Virus record (IMG/VR): IMGVR_UViG_3300036793_000090
Span: 1 to 41,142 of that record
Strand: one strand, 5' to 3'
Length of the DNA stretch: 41,142 nucleotides
Origin: a virus
Taxonomy: Duplodnaviria > Caudoviricetes
The notes beneath the pieces are model-generated. The model searched no databases and had not been told where the DNA came from. It worked only from the letters and a program-made list of their open reading frames with translations. Made by a program: the position numbers and the translations under genes. Shown one piece after another: positions 1 through 9,728 of the stretch; position 1 is the first letter of the stretch; every line of letters begins with the position of its first letter.

Positions 1-336
1 TGTCATCCCCTGGAGGAACGCCTTGCCGTTAGGGTCACCGACCTTTAGGTTCCCGAGTGACGCCTTCAGTGCGTCCGCTTTCGCCTTCAGGGCGGCGAGC
101 TGGGCGTCTAGCTCTCCCGAGTTAGCCTTCAGCTTTACGTCGGCCGAGAGTCCTGCGGCGGCCTTCTTGGTAGCAGCGTCCAGCTTAGCCCGGAGATCAG
201 GGTCTACATTCAGGGTGACCTTACCGGAAAGCCCGGCGGTTGCCTTTTTTACCGCAGCCTCTGCCTCGGGCTTGAACCGAGCGCCATCGGCCACGATTGC
301 AACACGAGCTTCACCAAGAAGGCGGCCTCCTGACAA
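1..336 (-). CDS. Tape measure protein, N-terminal part (runs off the window)
   Basis: TTG start after AAAGGGG; open frame MSGGRLLGEARVAIVADGARFKPEAEAAVKKA..., Ala/Lys-rich; follows the tail chaperones. Confidence 0.8.
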   Translation of the reverse strand, partial: MSGGRLLGEARVAIVADGARFKPEAEAAVKKATAGLSGKVTLNVDPDLRAKLDAATKKAAAGLSADVKLKANSGELDAQLAALKAKADALKASLGNLKVGDPNGKAFLQGMT

Positions 337-387
337 TGCAATCCCCTTTACGCCGGTATCAGGGTCAGCCTATGCGAAAGGGGCCTC

Positions 388-759
388 TTAATCTACATGC
401 ACGGACCACAGACCTGTAGTAAGGAAAGGGTACTTCTCGTGCATCTGCTCAGCCGGGAGTTCCAGGAAAAGGCCCGGGTCTCCCGGAGACTCAGCGCCAC
501 CGAAAAGTACACCGCCGCTCAGCTTGGCGTGCCCTACAGTATAGGTAATGTGGGCCTTGGTATATCCGGGAAGCTGAGCGTTGGAGGTACGGCCCGTGCG
601 GTGAACGCCTTTCCTGATTACAGTGCCGCGTACCCTTACCTTCTCAATGGCGACAGCAGCCATCTGCCTGGCGAGGTCCCGCATTAGGTCACCGACAGGG
701 CCGTGCTCGTCGCGCATCAGCTCGTCAACGGCGTCCTGGTTAATGGTCACGTCATTCAA
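388..759 (-). CDS. Putative neck/tail-completion protein (HK97 gp10-like)
   Basis: Size, N-terminal 'INQDAVDELMRDEHGPVG', C-terminal 'PFL'; tail module context. Confidence 0.5.
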   Translation of the reverse strand: MNDVTINQDAVDELMRDEHGPVGDLMRDLARQMAAVAIEKVRVRGTVIRKGVHRTGRTSNAQLPGYTKAHITYTVGHAKLSGGVLFGGAESPGDPGLFLELPAEQMHEKYPFLTTGLWSVHVD

Positions 760-1198
760 AGTCGTGCTCCGTGTCGATCTTCTTGCCCCGGAATTCGCGG
801 TTCATGTCACCGAAGAAGATATCCTTATCCGACTTCATGGAGTCCTCTTCCAGTTTAGCCGCCAGTTCCGGGGAAATCTCGGGCTTAGCGTCCGGATCGA
901 TTCCACGGGCAATAAGGGAAGCGCGCATCATTTCCTCAGCCTTCTTTTCGGAAGACATGCGCTGGCCGATAGCCTCTTCGAACTTGACGATCTGCTCATC
1001 GATCGTGTCCGCGTCTTCTTCCTGGGGCGGCTGGAATCCGCTGACGTGATGGTAGTAAGCCATGTTAAGAAGCTCACGGATCGTGTAGTCGTCAATGCGG
1101 TGCCCTGACCACAGGAGCTTGCCCTCGAATACGGGCAGGTAGTCCCTTATCCAGCGGAATAGGGTCAGGACGGCGGGGTAGGGCGGCCGGATACGACC
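752..1198 (-). CDS. Tail assembly chaperone extension (gpT-like), probably reached by -1 frameshift
   Basis: Frame is open from 1198, overlapping the last codons of the upstream chaperone; first ATG only at 1063. Confidence 0.65.
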   Translation of the reverse strand, partial: GRIRPPYPAVLTLFRWIRDYLPVFEGKLLWSGHRIDDYTIRELLNMAYYHHVSGFQPPQEEDADTIDEQIVKFEEAIGQRMSSEKKAEEMMRASLIARGIDPDAKPEISPELAAKLEEDSMKSDKDIFFGDMNREFRGKKIDTEHDFE

Positions 1199-1563
1199 TC
1201 AAGCGCCTTGGTGATTACGTCCAGCAGTTCCTCGGCGTCGGCGTCCTCGTCCAGCGCGTGGTCCTCGAAGGCAGGCCAGTCTTCCCTGAAGATAACCGAC
1301 TTCAGCATGGCGTAGATGGCACCGAGAGCGCGGGGGTCTTCGGTGGACATCTCGGAGGCGGCGCTCCACTTGAGCATAGCCATTGCGCCGATCTTCTCGC
1401 GGACGCGGAACTTCTTGCCCTTCAGCGCAACCTCGTCATACTCCTTCTTTCCTACGACCTGGCCTTCTACGGCCTCAGCGGTGTCGTCTGAGAGCGCGTC
1501 CTTGCCGGTCTTGGAAAGCTGAACTGCCGCGAGTTCGCGGTCTACCTTGGCACTAGCGGGCAC
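1165..1563 (-). CDS. Tail assembly chaperone (gpG-like)
   Basis: GTG start after AAGGAGG; acidic, ends '...SGRPTPPS'; lies between tail tube and tape measure. Confidence 0.75.
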   Translation of the reverse strand: MPASAKVDRELAAVQLSKTGKDALSDDTAEAVEGQVVGKKEYDEVALKGKKFRVREKIGAMAMLKWSAASEMSTEDPRALGAIYAMLKSVIFREDWPAFEDHALDEDADAEELLDVITKALEVVSGRPTPPS

Positions 1564-1600
1564 GTAATCCTCCTTAATCAAGGAGAAGCCTACCACTAAA

Positions 1601-1640
1601 CGCGAAAAGAACTAGGCGACATTGCCTAGTTCTTTTCGTG
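1601..1640. terminator. Intrinsic terminator-like hairpin after the tail tube gene
   Basis: CGAAAAGAACTAGGC...GCCTAGTTCTTTTCG inverted repeat with T tracts on both strands. Confidence 0.8.
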
Positions 1641-1652
1641 AATGGGTCGTGC

Positions 1653-2087
1653 TTAGGTGCCGGTGATACCACTTACCGGGTAGCGGGTGATCTTGGACGC
1701 CGCGTTCCAGGTGGACTTCAGGCTGACAGCCGCAGCCACACCGCCGGCGAGCGAATAGTCAGGTAGGATCTGGCCAAAGAAATACTGGCCCGGGTTCGCT
1801 CCCTGAGATCCGAGAGTGCTCGGGTAAAGGTAGAAGTTGCGCGGCAGGCCGTCCTGGGCCGCAACGTAAGTCTGCGCCGTAGCGGTGTCGAAGAAACCAG
1901 AGAAGTCGCCGGAAGCGTCGGGCAGGCCGGCCACCCAGATGAGGTTGGTGTCACCCATGCAGGTAACGTCAACCTTCGCCACGGAGAAGTTAATGCTCCA
2001 GTCAGAAAGGAAGGCCATCGGAGAAGCAAGGTCTGCCGGGTTCACGCCCAAATAGACTATGCCATTGCGGCCATGGATACGCGACAA
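1653..2087 (-). CDS. Major tail (tube) protein
   Basis: 'WSINFSVAKVDVTCMGD...GLPDASGDFSGFFD' tube-like pattern; RBS AAGGAG; followed by terminator and chaperones. Confidence 0.75.
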   Translation of the reverse strand: MSRIHGRNGIVYLGVNPADLASPMAFLSDWSINFSVAKVDVTCMGDTNLIWVAGLPDASGDFSGFFDTATAQTYVAAQDGLPRNFYLYPSTLGSQGANPGQYFFGQILPDYSLAGGVAAAVSLKSTWNAASKITRYPVSGITGT

Positions 2088-2143
2088 TTCAAGCTCCTTG
2101 GGTAGAGGTCAATTTCTATGTTAGGAGCAGAATCGTGAACGCG

Positions 2144-3220
2144 CTAGAGCAGTCCGAACTTACTCATCTCGTCCATTAGCAGGGTCGCGTGATTGTCGAA
2201 TGTGCGATCCTTGACAGCTTGACGGGCGCACTCTCCGAGGTACCGGGATTCTTTCTGGTTATTGAGGTAAGCCTTCAGCAAGTCGGCAGCTTCTTCTACT
2301 GACTTAAAGGTAGGAAGGAACGGGAAAAGCTCGTCTGACTCTCCGCGTGCATCGCGAACCCACGGGATACCGCAGGCCGCCAGTTCTACCTCACGCGGGC
2401 CGATAGCCCATCCCTCGCCGTCGTGGATCTTCTCTGACTCGCGCCGGTAGAAATTGATTCCCACCCTGGAGCGGCGGTAAATGTCAGCGGTATCGGCATT
2501 GCTTACAGCCTCGTCGCGCGGGTGGCCTACGTACCTGAGCAGGGGTGAGCCGTTCAGGTGCTCTCCGTCCCAGGCACAGCCGCCCAGCGCTATCTGGTAC
2601 TTGTCCGCGTCGATGTGCGTGAACAGTTCCTCGAAGAACTTACGCCGGGAGTCGAAAATCGTGCCGATGAACGTGAAGTCGATGTCCTTGTCCTTAACCA
2701 CACCCGGGTAATGAATGTCCGGGTCGTAGGCGTGCGGCATGTACATAGCCGGGGCGAGGGCGGCGTACTCTTCCAGGTTCACCGGGTCGTTAAGCAGGTT
2801 AAGCGTGGCGTACTGAGCCCGCATCAACTGCTCGTCGTCCTGGTACGGAGACTCTGTGTGCAAGATCACGAGCTTGTGCCGGCGCTGCCTGATCAGGTCC
2901 ATTACCCACGCCGGGGTAAAGAACGCCGACACGAAGAACACCATGTGTGGCCATACCGAGTACAGGTCGTGGGTCAGTCCCTGCATCGACGCGGTTACGG
3001 CGTCTTCCTTGGACATCGCCTTGCGCCACGGGACGAGCCCGGTCTCAGGGTCGGCCTCGGCTCCGTAGTCAGGAATCGATACCTGGCTGTAGAAGCTGAG
3101 ACGGTCGTTGGTATTGAATACGGCGACTTCATGGCCCTGCTTCTCGAACGCCTTCTTCCACCCGTTGAATACGTCGGCCACAGAGAACTCGGGGCCAGGG
3201 TGGACCATCAGGATTCGCAA
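2144..3220 (-). CDS. Glycosyltransferase, GT-B (CgeB/Glyco_trans_1_2-like)
   Basis: TTG start after GAGGAG; 'MPHAYDPDIHYP', 'DFTFIGT', 'GPREVELAACG'. Confidence 0.75.
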   Translation of the reverse strand: MRILMVHPGPEFSVADVFNGWKKAFEKQGHEVAVFNTNDRLSFYSQVSIPDYGAEADPETGLVPWRKAMSKEDAVTASMQGLTHDLYSVWPHMVFFVSAFFTPAWVMDLIRQRRHKLVILHTESPYQDDEQLMRAQYATLNLLNDPVNLEEYAALAPAMYMPHAYDPDIHYPGVVKDKDIDFTFIGTIFDSRRKFFEELFTHIDADKYQIALGGCAWDGEHLNGSPLLRYVGHPRDEAVSNADTADIYRRSRVGINFYRRESEKIHDGEGWAIGPREVELAACGIPWVRDARGESDELFPFLPTFKSVEEAADLLKAYLNNQKESRYLGECARQAVKDRTFDNHATLLMDEMSKFGLL

Positions 3221-3372
3221 GGCTTCTCCTCGGGTTCCGGTACTTCGGTATCGCCGTAATGGCAGCAGCCTTCGCTCTGGTGCAGTACGGCGCAGCTCTG
3301 GTTCCTGATACGCCACCAGCGACAGCAGCGGGGACACTGAAGCACCATAGGCTGGCGGTCGTAAAGATGCAT
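3208..3372 (-). CDS. Small Cys-rich hypothetical protein (54 aa)
   Basis: ATG coupled to upstream TGA; MHLYDRQPMVLQCPRCC...EGCCHYG; fills the gap exactly. Confidence 0.5.
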   Translation of the reverse strand: MHLYDRQPMVLQCPRCCRWWRIRNQSCAVLHQSEGCCHYGDTEVPEPEEKPCES

Positions 3373-3842
3373 CAGCTCAGATCCTGGTGCGCGGAGATAG
3401 TCAAGCTGATACGGCCCTGGAAGTACTGCTGGCCGGCGATCTCGATGTCACCGTACGCCTGGACCTGGTAGGGCTCGCACCACTCGACTACGCCTCCCAG
3501 TGTAGGGTCGGCGGCTATCGCCTCGGGAATGGAGGTAAAAGAATCAGACGGCTCGAACCCGAGGTACTGGTCTACAGTGTCCTGGGCGCGTTCCAGCGAA
3601 GGAGCACGAGATACGAAGACGGCGATAACCATCTGGTACTCCGTGGCTACCGGGATAACACGCGGTAGTCCTATGACGCTGTGCTCGCCCAGGGTAACGC
3701 CGTACTTGGCATACGGTGCGCCGGGAAGGATAGCGCCCTGCGGCGGGTTAACCTGGTCAGGCATCTTCGGGCTCATGCGCAGTCCGGTTGCGTTCTGGAC
3801 CTGAGCCGCCAGGGCGTCCCTGATTGCCTTGATGCTAGCCAC
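3372..3842 (-). CDS. Putative tail terminator / tail completion protein
   Basis: 'IRDALAAQV...AIAADPTLGGVV' motif typical of tail terminators; upstream of tube gene. Confidence 0.65.
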   Translation of the reverse strand: MASIKAIRDALAAQVQNATGLRMSPKMPDQVNPPQGAILPGAPYAKYGVTLGEHSVIGLPRVIPVATEYQMVIAVFVSRAPSLERAQDTVDQYLGFEPSDSFTSIPEAIAADPTLGGVVEWCEPYQVQAYGDIEIAGQQYFQGRISLTISAHQDLS

Positions 3843-4041
3843 GGTTCAACAGGCTCTTGTAGAGAGTAAGCGAGAATACGAACGACTGGAGGCGGCCGAA
3901 CCCGGTCTTGCGGAATGCCTCGTAGGTGCTGCGCATGTAAGCGGCCATGCTGACTATGCCGTCTTTGCGCACGTCCTCGGTGGCGGACTCCATGGCCTCG
4001 CGGAGTTCTTTTTCCGTCTCGGGATCTATCCCGTCACCCAT
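3835..4041 (-). CDS. Hypothetical protein
   Basis: Coupled to neighbours; coding-like composition. Confidence 0.5.
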   Translation of the reverse strand: MGDGIDPETEKELREAMESATEDVRKDGIVSMAAYMRSTYEAFRKTGFGRLQSFVFSLTLYKSLLNRG

Positions 4042-4997
4042 ATGACTTCCCACGCTTCCTCAATTTCTGATTCAAGGGGAACAATTTCGCCCCAGCTTAC
4101 CACCTTATTCCCTGGCATAAGGAGTCCGCAGTGATCCCCGTTCGGAGTCTGGAACCCGACGATCATCCCAGGCTTAGCATCAGCCGGGTTCACTATTCCG
4201 TACTCGCTGAGGCTCGCGGGAGCCCACGCCTCGTAATAGTCCAGCCGGTCCAGGGCAACGGATAGCCGGTTGTCACAGAGAACCTGGAGGTACGTCACCT
4301 GATTGTCGTTTACCCGGTAGCCGGTGTGGTAAAGCAGGTGATTGGCTGCGGCTACGGCTACGCAGTTCTCTTCGCCCTTGTCGTTTCCGGCTGTAATCCA
4401 CTCCGTGCTCTCCGTGTGCGTGTCCCCTGCTGCCTTCCTGGGCTTTGAGGCTGCCGCATGCGATACCCGGGCCGCTGCCGCGTTAGCTTTCGCGATAGCG
4501 CTCCTGTTCGTAGCAGGCTTACTGACGGCCCTGCGCCCTGCTGCCACGACCTTCCCCTTGCTCGCGTGGTAGCGGCTCACCCGGACACTGCCCTTGTTGG
4601 TGGTGATGGCGTAGGTCTTTTTCCCGTACCTTGCCTGGAGGTACGCGGTGATGGACTGGACCTTAGACAGGCGGCTGCGCAGCGGTACCCCGGGGTAGCG
4701 GGAGAAAGTCTGGTTGCCGTACCGGGCCTGGAGGTAGGTGTTGCGCACGATGTTCGCCTTGGTGCGCGCGACGTACCTGCTGCGCCTTTTCTGGCGGGTC
4801 GCTGCCGCCTGTACCCTCTTAGCCGCGATGGCGTTAGCGCGCTGCTGATGGCCGGCGTTCTTTACGGCAGCATTGTAGGCAGCCCGGAAGGCACTTCGCT
4901 GGACAGAGGTGAGCTGGCTGCTGGCGTTCGTGGTTTTCGAGGTCTTGGTGCTCTTGGCGACTTTAGCCTTCTTTGCCGCCGGGCTTTTCGCTGCCAA
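4026..4997 (-). CDS. Highly basic K/R/A-rich protein with C-terminal papain-like domain
   Basis: TTG start after AGAGG; C-terminal 'GND...NCVAVA...HC...SWG' resembles 39421-40401. Confidence 0.6.
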   Translation of the reverse strand: MAAKSPAAKKAKVAKSTKTSKTTNASSQLTSVQRSAFRAAYNAAVKNAGHQQRANAIAAKRVQAAATRQKRRSRYVARTKANIVRNTYLQARYGNQTFSRYPGVPLRSRLSKVQSITAYLQARYGKKTYAITTNKGSVRVSRYHASKGKVVAAGRRAVSKPATNRSAIAKANAAAARVSHAAASKPRKAAGDTHTESTEWITAGNDKGEENCVAVAAANHLLYHTGYRVNDNQVTYLQVLCDNRLSVALDRLDYYEAWAPASLSEYGIVNPADAKPGMIVGFQTPNGDHCGLLMPGNKVVSWGEIVPLESEIEEAWEVIWVTG

Positions 4998-5223
4998 AGC
5001 CGAACTTCCTCTCTGCCGAGTCTCCCATGTAAACCGCCGTAGGCGAGATCTCCATGTGCGCGCTGAGAGTGCCGTGCGGATCGACAGGAGGCGGCTGCTC
5101 AAATTCCTCGCCTTCTTCGTCCCCGGAACTGCTGTTGGTACGCATCTGGGCGCGCTTGAAACTGCCTTCCCAGAAAAACAGGTTGCTACCGAATCCGAAA
5201 ACGATCCTCATGGCAGGATGCAC
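4963..5223 (-). CDS. Hypothetical protein
   Basis: RBS AAGGAG; fits between neighbours. Confidence 0.45.
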   Translation of the reverse strand: MHPAMRIVFGFGSNLFFWEGSFKRAQMRTNSSSGDEEGEEFEQPPPVDPHGTLSAHMEISPTAVYMGDSAERKFGFGSEKPGGKEG

Positions 5224-5226
5224 TCC

Positions 5227-5658
5227 TTACATGTTTACCTGAAGTGTAATGCTACTCGTGGCAAATGTGAGGGTGTCACCCGAATTCGTAGTCACGGACG
5301 TAGTAACGGCAGCCCACCACCAGCGCACGGCCCCGTTATCGTAAAGCGCGATGTTGGCTACCGTTGTCGCGGGCATGCCGGTCTGCGTGATAGCCGAGCC
5401 GGAGTTCGTAATCGATGTCACGCCGGTCGAGTACCCGGCAGATCCGAAAGTTCCGGTTACGGTGTACGTAATTCCGCCTGCCGGGTAGCTTCCGCCGGAT
5501 ACCTCAGTGCCGTCGCCCGTTTCGTTCGTGGTGCCGGTGGGCGTGATGAGCTTTAGCTTGCCTGTGGTCCCGCTCCACGCCGTAATAGCCGCCCTGCCCG
5601 TGATGGCATTCAGGATGTTGGTTGCCTTCGCGGAGTCAAGGCCGCTGGTAGCACTCAT
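5227..5658 (-). CDS. Virion structural protein, paralog of 6727-7176
   Basis: Shared 'SGGSYPAGGI', 'VRWWW', 'TNSGDTLTFATSSIT'. Confidence 0.7.
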   Translation of the reverse strand: MSATSGLDSAKATNILNAITGRAAITAWSGTTGKLKLITPTGTTNETGDGTEVSGGSYPAGGITYTVTGTFGSAGYSTGVTSITNSGSAITQTGMPATTVANIALYDNGAVRWWWAAVTTSVTTNSGDTLTFATSSITLQVNM

Positions 5659-6644
5659 TAAATGCCCACCTTGTTCTGGACGTTGATGTAACCGCGCAGC
5701 AGCTCCACGATCATCGGGCTGGTCTGCGTCTTTACAAGGCCAAGTTCTCCGAAGCCGGCTATTCCCCACGGCGCGTCCTTCGCCTTGAACAGGTCGGCGG
5801 CCATGATCAGCGCGGCCTGGGTGACGTTCGGCGGGATTGTCGGCCAGCCCCAGGTTCCGGTGACCTGTACGCGGTTCTGCCGGGTGAACGGCCACAGCCA
5901 CGGCAGCCACTGTCCTCCGGCCGGATTACCGCTCGTGCCCTGCGTTACCTGGAGGTAGTTACTCGGCCGCGCTACACCCATGTCGTGCTGGTTGTAGTTG
6001 CCGTCGTACCTCAGGAGCTGGTAGTTAACGTCCTGTACCCAGTGGACCTCGTAAACGCCGTCGCCGTCGTAGTCCAGGTCAACGCTAGAGGCGGAAACCA
6101 GGTCATCGATCGTCAACGTCCACACGTTGTCCGGGCGGTACGTGCGCGCTTCCGTGATCTGGTAGAAGTGCCGGCCGCAGTACGAGTTGATCCAGTCCGT
6201 CACGGTGCTGATCGCTAGCTGGATCTCGTAGTCGTCGGTGTCGTCCTCGATCTGGAGCCGCGACTTCAGCTCTTCCATTCCGCAGTACCAGAACTGCATT
6301 CCAGCCGAATTGGCATCGGAAAGGGAAACCAGGCGGAAGGTACCGGGTGTTACCTGGTTTACGAAAGATCCAGTTCCGATCCAGGTGAACGTGTAAAGCC
6401 CTGGAACGGTGAGCCCAGATAGCTGGAGATTGTAGATGCCTGTACCAGCGCGAGTAATCGTGTTATGAGGGGGAGATCCGTTGTAGGTATATGTAGTTGC
6501 CGTAGCCGTGGGATCGGTAATTACGCACGATACACTTGCAGGGTCAGCAATAGTGCCGGTGTCATTTACGAAGGTAACCGGAGTTACGGGCACGCCTTCA
6601 GCCGAGTTGGCGTAGAACACCGGGAGGTTTACTTCGCCGCTCAT
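5658..6644 (-). CDS. Head-tail adaptor (gp6-like) with extra N-terminal beta-rich domain
   Basis: 'YCGMEELKSRL...INSYCGRHF...VTGTWGWPTIPPNVTQAALIMAADLFK'. Confidence 0.8.
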   Translation of the reverse strand: MSGEVNLPVFYANSAEGVPVTPVTFVNDTGTIADPASVSCVITDPTATATTYTYNGSPPHNTITRAGTGIYNLQLSGLTVPGLYTFTWIGTGSFVNQVTPGTFRLVSLSDANSAGMQFWYCGMEELKSRLQIEDDTDDYEIQLAISTVTDWINSYCGRHFYQITEARTYRPDNVWTLTIDDLVSASSVDLDYDGDGVYEVHWVQDVNYQLLRYDGNYNQHDMGVARPSNYLQVTQGTSGNPAGGQWLPWLWPFTRQNRVQVTGTWGWPTIPPNVTQAALIMAADLFKAKDAPWGIAGFGELGLVKTQTSPMIVELLRGYINVQNKVGI

Positions 6645-6726
6645 TTCGACGTGCTCCAGCTCCGGGGGATGCTCGGCATTTTATCCCTCGGTTCAATTAA
6701 ACCGCAGCCGCCTCGACGGTAAAAGT

Positions 6727-7176
6727 TTAGACGTTAAGCTGCACCGTAATGCTGCTAGTCGCGAATGTCAGTGTGTCACCGGAATTCGTGATAACGGCAG
6801 TTGTAAGCGAGCCCCACCACCAGCGGACGGGGGTAACGCTGGTCCCGTCGTAGATAGCCGCGTCAGTAACGCCAGGAGTGGTCACGGCAGGCATGCTAGC
6901 CTGGGTAACTGCCGCGCCAGAGTTGGTAACAGACGCTATGCCGCCCGAATAGGAAGCTGCACCGAACGTGGTACCGACAGCACCCATGTCAATTCCACCC
7001 GCAGGGTAACTGCCGCCAGAAATCTGAGTAGCGGCATCTCCGGCTTCGTTCGTGGTGCCGCCGGACATAAGCTTCAGCTTGGGGTGGTTGGTCGTGGCGA
7101 AGGCACTAAAGGGAGTAAGACCGAGCATCGCGCTAACACACGAGACAGCAATTCCGGAAGCCAGGCCGCTAGACAT
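6727..7176 (-). CDS. Virion structural protein, paralog of 5227-5658
   Basis: Shared motifs with 5227-5658; G/T/S-rich. Confidence 0.7.
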   Translation of the reverse strand: MSSGLASGIAVSCVSAMLGLTPFSAFATTNHPKLKLMSGGTTNEAGDAATQISGGSYPAGGIDMGAVGTTFGAASYSGGIASVTNSGAAVTQASMPAVTTPGVTDAAIYDGTSVTPVRWWWGSLTTAVITNSGDTLTFATSSITVQLNV

Positions 7177-7401
7177 TTACATGCCTCCTTCAATGTGTGC
7201 GAGCAGTTCATAGCCCCGCTTCTCTCCGCTGGCCGTGAGAATCCGGTCACAGTGACCGTCAACGCAGCCACCGGAATCGCGGCAGCAGTCCATGTGCCTT
7301 GTCTGCACCGTTCCGTCACCCTGGAGAATGTGGTGACGCGGGTGGTCATCACCCTGGCGGCACGTGTCGCACCACATCTGAGTACGGTTCTCTTCAGCCA
7401 T
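7177..7401 (-). CDS. Small Cys/His-rich protein
   Basis: CDTC...DDHPRH...HMDCC...C; RBS present. Confidence 0.65.
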   Translation of the reverse strand: MAEENRTQMWCDTCRQGDDHPRHHILQGDGTVQTRHMDCCRDSGGCVDGHCDRILTASGEKRGYELLAHIEGGM

Positions 7402-7414
7402 GATTCCATCCTAC

Positions 7415-9709
7415 TTAGAGAGGCGTGTACGTAACAGTGCCGTAAATGCACGTATTGATATTACCGCTACCGTCTACTGCGTCGATACGGTAAAACGTGT
7501 GAACCTGGTCCTGAACGTCAGCGTTGGCGATAGCGATATTGCAGGTTCCGGCCGGGGCACTGACGATCGTAATCGCCGGAGTGCCGCCCGCACTGGAAAG
7601 GATAATGTTCCTGCCGTCAGAATCCAGTACTCCCGCAGAGGGCTTCAGCAGCATCTTCACGGTGTAGCCGGTCAGGTTAAGCGCCGAGCCGTTGCTGGTC
7701 AGGGAAACGTTCAGCGTGATGTCATTGAACTCGGGAAATACCTGATCTACTTCCTGCATGGTCCATCCCACCGCGCCGCCGCCGAAATTGGTCATTCCCA
7801 GGGTACCGCCGAGGGCCGGGGGCGAGATAGTGCCGCCCAGTACATTAGCTACAATACCGGCAGTGCCTCCCGTGTTAGGAAGAACAAGGCCGCCGCCGAA
7901 TGTAGGGAGCGTTAGAGTTCCGCCGTACTGGTTTGCTACTTCCGATTCAGTGCCGCTGAAAAGCTGACGGATAACGCTGCCGCCGAGATTTGCCGGAGGA
8001 CGCAGGAAATGGGTGACGCCGTTGATTACGAACCGGGCGACGGCAGCCGGGTTAAGGTGGCCCAGTGCGGTCTTGGTTCCGTTGAAAGCAGCCCGTGCGG
8101 TAGCGGCCGTAGTCAGGAAACCGTGCTCTGTCGCGTGGGCCGCCGCTGTCAGGTGCGCGGTAACCGACGAGGTGAAGGTCCCGAACGCTGTCTTGGTTCC
8201 TGCGAAGGAATCATGCGCGGTTATTGCCGTGGTGAAGTGGCTGAGTCCGGTCTTGGTACCAGAGAATGCGGCACGGGCAGTAGCGGCAGCGGCCAGGGCA
8301 CCGTGCTCAGTTACATGGGCTGCCGCAGTCATGGCCGCCGTAGCCGCAGCAGTGAAGCTCCCGTGCTCAGTTACGTGGGCCGCAGCCGTCATACGGGCCG
8401 ATACCGCAGTTGTCAGGCTGCTTAGCGCAGTCTTAGTTCCCGCTACCGTGGCCCTCGCCGTGACAGCGGTATTCAGGGCAGCGTTCTTCGCCGTGCTGGC
8501 AGCCGAGGTCATTACAGCGGTGGCGCTCGTAGTCAGGTGCGCCAGTCCGGTCTTAGTTCCGGCGGTAGTAAGGTGCGCGGTGACAGCGGAGGTAAAGGTG
8601 CCGAGTGTAGTCCTGACTCCCGTGAATGAGGCGTGCGCTGTCGCTGCCGTAACCAGGTTCCCGAGCGCGGCCTTGGTGCCCGTGAAAGCGGCGTGCGCGG
8701 TTACCGCTGTCGTGAGGTGGCTGAGTCCGGTCTTCGTACCGGCGAAAGCGGCGCGGGCAGTAGCGGCGGCAGTCAGGAACCCGTGCTCAGTTACCTGAGC
8801 GGCAGCGGTAAGGTGCGCGGTAATCGCGGACGTGAAGTGCCCGAACTCGGTAACCTTGCCCGCGAGAGTGGTGTGCGCGGTGGCCGCCGTAGTCAGGTGC
8901 GTGAGCCCGGTCTTGGTGCCGCCGAAGGAAGCGTGCGCGGTAGCGGCAAGGACCAGGTTGCCGTTGTGCGTGACGATGCTGGGCTGTACCTGGCCGGGAA
9001 TGGAGTTGCCAGGCTGTGCGAAGCCGGGAATTGCCTGGGTGCCGAGTAGCCCGTTAGTGCCGGTGTAGAGAGCGCCACCGCCAGGTACGTCCGCAAGCCA
9101 CACGCCTGCGTAACAGGTGGTACCGCTGTTCGCGAACTTAACCTGCGTCCACGTGAGGCCGCTAGTGTCACTGACGGACACCGTGGTAGGAGTTCCGCCC
9201 GCCGCACCGTCCGAACCGACCAGCGCTACTAGCAGCGAGCCGGCGACCGGGGTAAAAGCAGCCGTCGTGATCGTGGTCGCGGACGTGGTGTTGGCCACGG
9301 CAGGCGCGGAAGCATCCTCAGCGAGCGTCCCCGTAGTCAGGATCTCGACAGCGGCAATGTCGGGGAATAGGGACGCCGAAGACGAACCGTACGTAGCCGC
9401 GCCCGGAGTGCCGGTAACCGAAGACGCGCGCCAGCTTGTGTAGAACTCCTGGTTGGGCGTGTCATGGAAGTCAGTGATGAACGTAGTGGTCGCGAGAGCG
9501 GTGTTCGACGCGCCTGCGCTGGAGGCCCCGTAAACCCGTGAGCCGGTCTGCGTTGTGGTGAGAGAAACCTGGTTGGGGCTAGCACCCGCGATCGATGCCG
9601 TGCCGCCGGTCTGCGACGCTACGGTCTTCGCTCCGGTAAGCACCATGACCTGCACCTGAATGCCTATGGAAGTACCGGCCGTTTGCGCAGCAGTTACGGT
9701 CAGGGACAC
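7415..9709 (-). CDS. Fibre-like structural protein with ~16 20-aa Thr/Ala/His repeats and a C-terminal domain shared with 10575-13484
   Basis: Repeat 'GHLTTAATAHAAFAGTKT..'; C-terminal 'EFNDITL...NGSALNLTGYTV.M.LKP'. Confidence 0.7.
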   Translation of the reverse strand: MSLTVTAAQTAGTSIGIQVQVMVLTGAKTVASQTGGTASIAGASPNQVSLTTTQTGSRVYGASSAGASNTALATTTFITDFHDTPNQEFYTSWRASSVTGTPGAATYGSSSASLFPDIAAVEILTTGTLAEDASAPAVANTTSATTITTAAFTPVAGSLLVALVGSDGAAGGTPTTVSVSDTSGLTWTQVKFANSGTTCYAGVWLADVPGGGALYTGTNGLLGTQAIPGFAQPGNSIPGQVQPSIVTHNGNLVLAATAHASFGGTKTGLTHLTTAATAHTTLAGKVTEFGHFTSAITAHLTAAAQVTEHGFLTAAATARAAFAGTKTGLSHLTTAVTAHAAFTGTKAALGNLVTAATAHASFTGVRTTLGTFTSAVTAHLTTAGTKTGLAHLTTSATAVMTSAASTAKNAALNTAVTARATVAGTKTALSSLTTAVSARMTAAAHVTEHGSFTAAATAAMTAAAHVTEHGALAAAATARAAFSGTKTGLSHFTTAITAHDSFAGTKTAFGTFTSSVTAHLTAAAHATEHGFLTTAATARAAFNGTKTALGHLNPAAVARFVINGVTHFLRPPANLGGSVIRQLFSGTESEVANQYGGTLTLPTFGGGLVLPNTGGTAGIVANVLGGTISPPALGGTLGMTNFGGGAVGWTMQEVDQVFPEFNDITLNVSLTSNGSALNLTGYTVKMLLKPSAGVLDSDGRNIILSSAGGTPAITIVSAPAGTCNIAIANADVQDQVHTFYRIDAVDGSGNINTCIYGTVTYTPL

Positions 9710-9728
9710 GACTCAACACCTCCCGAGA

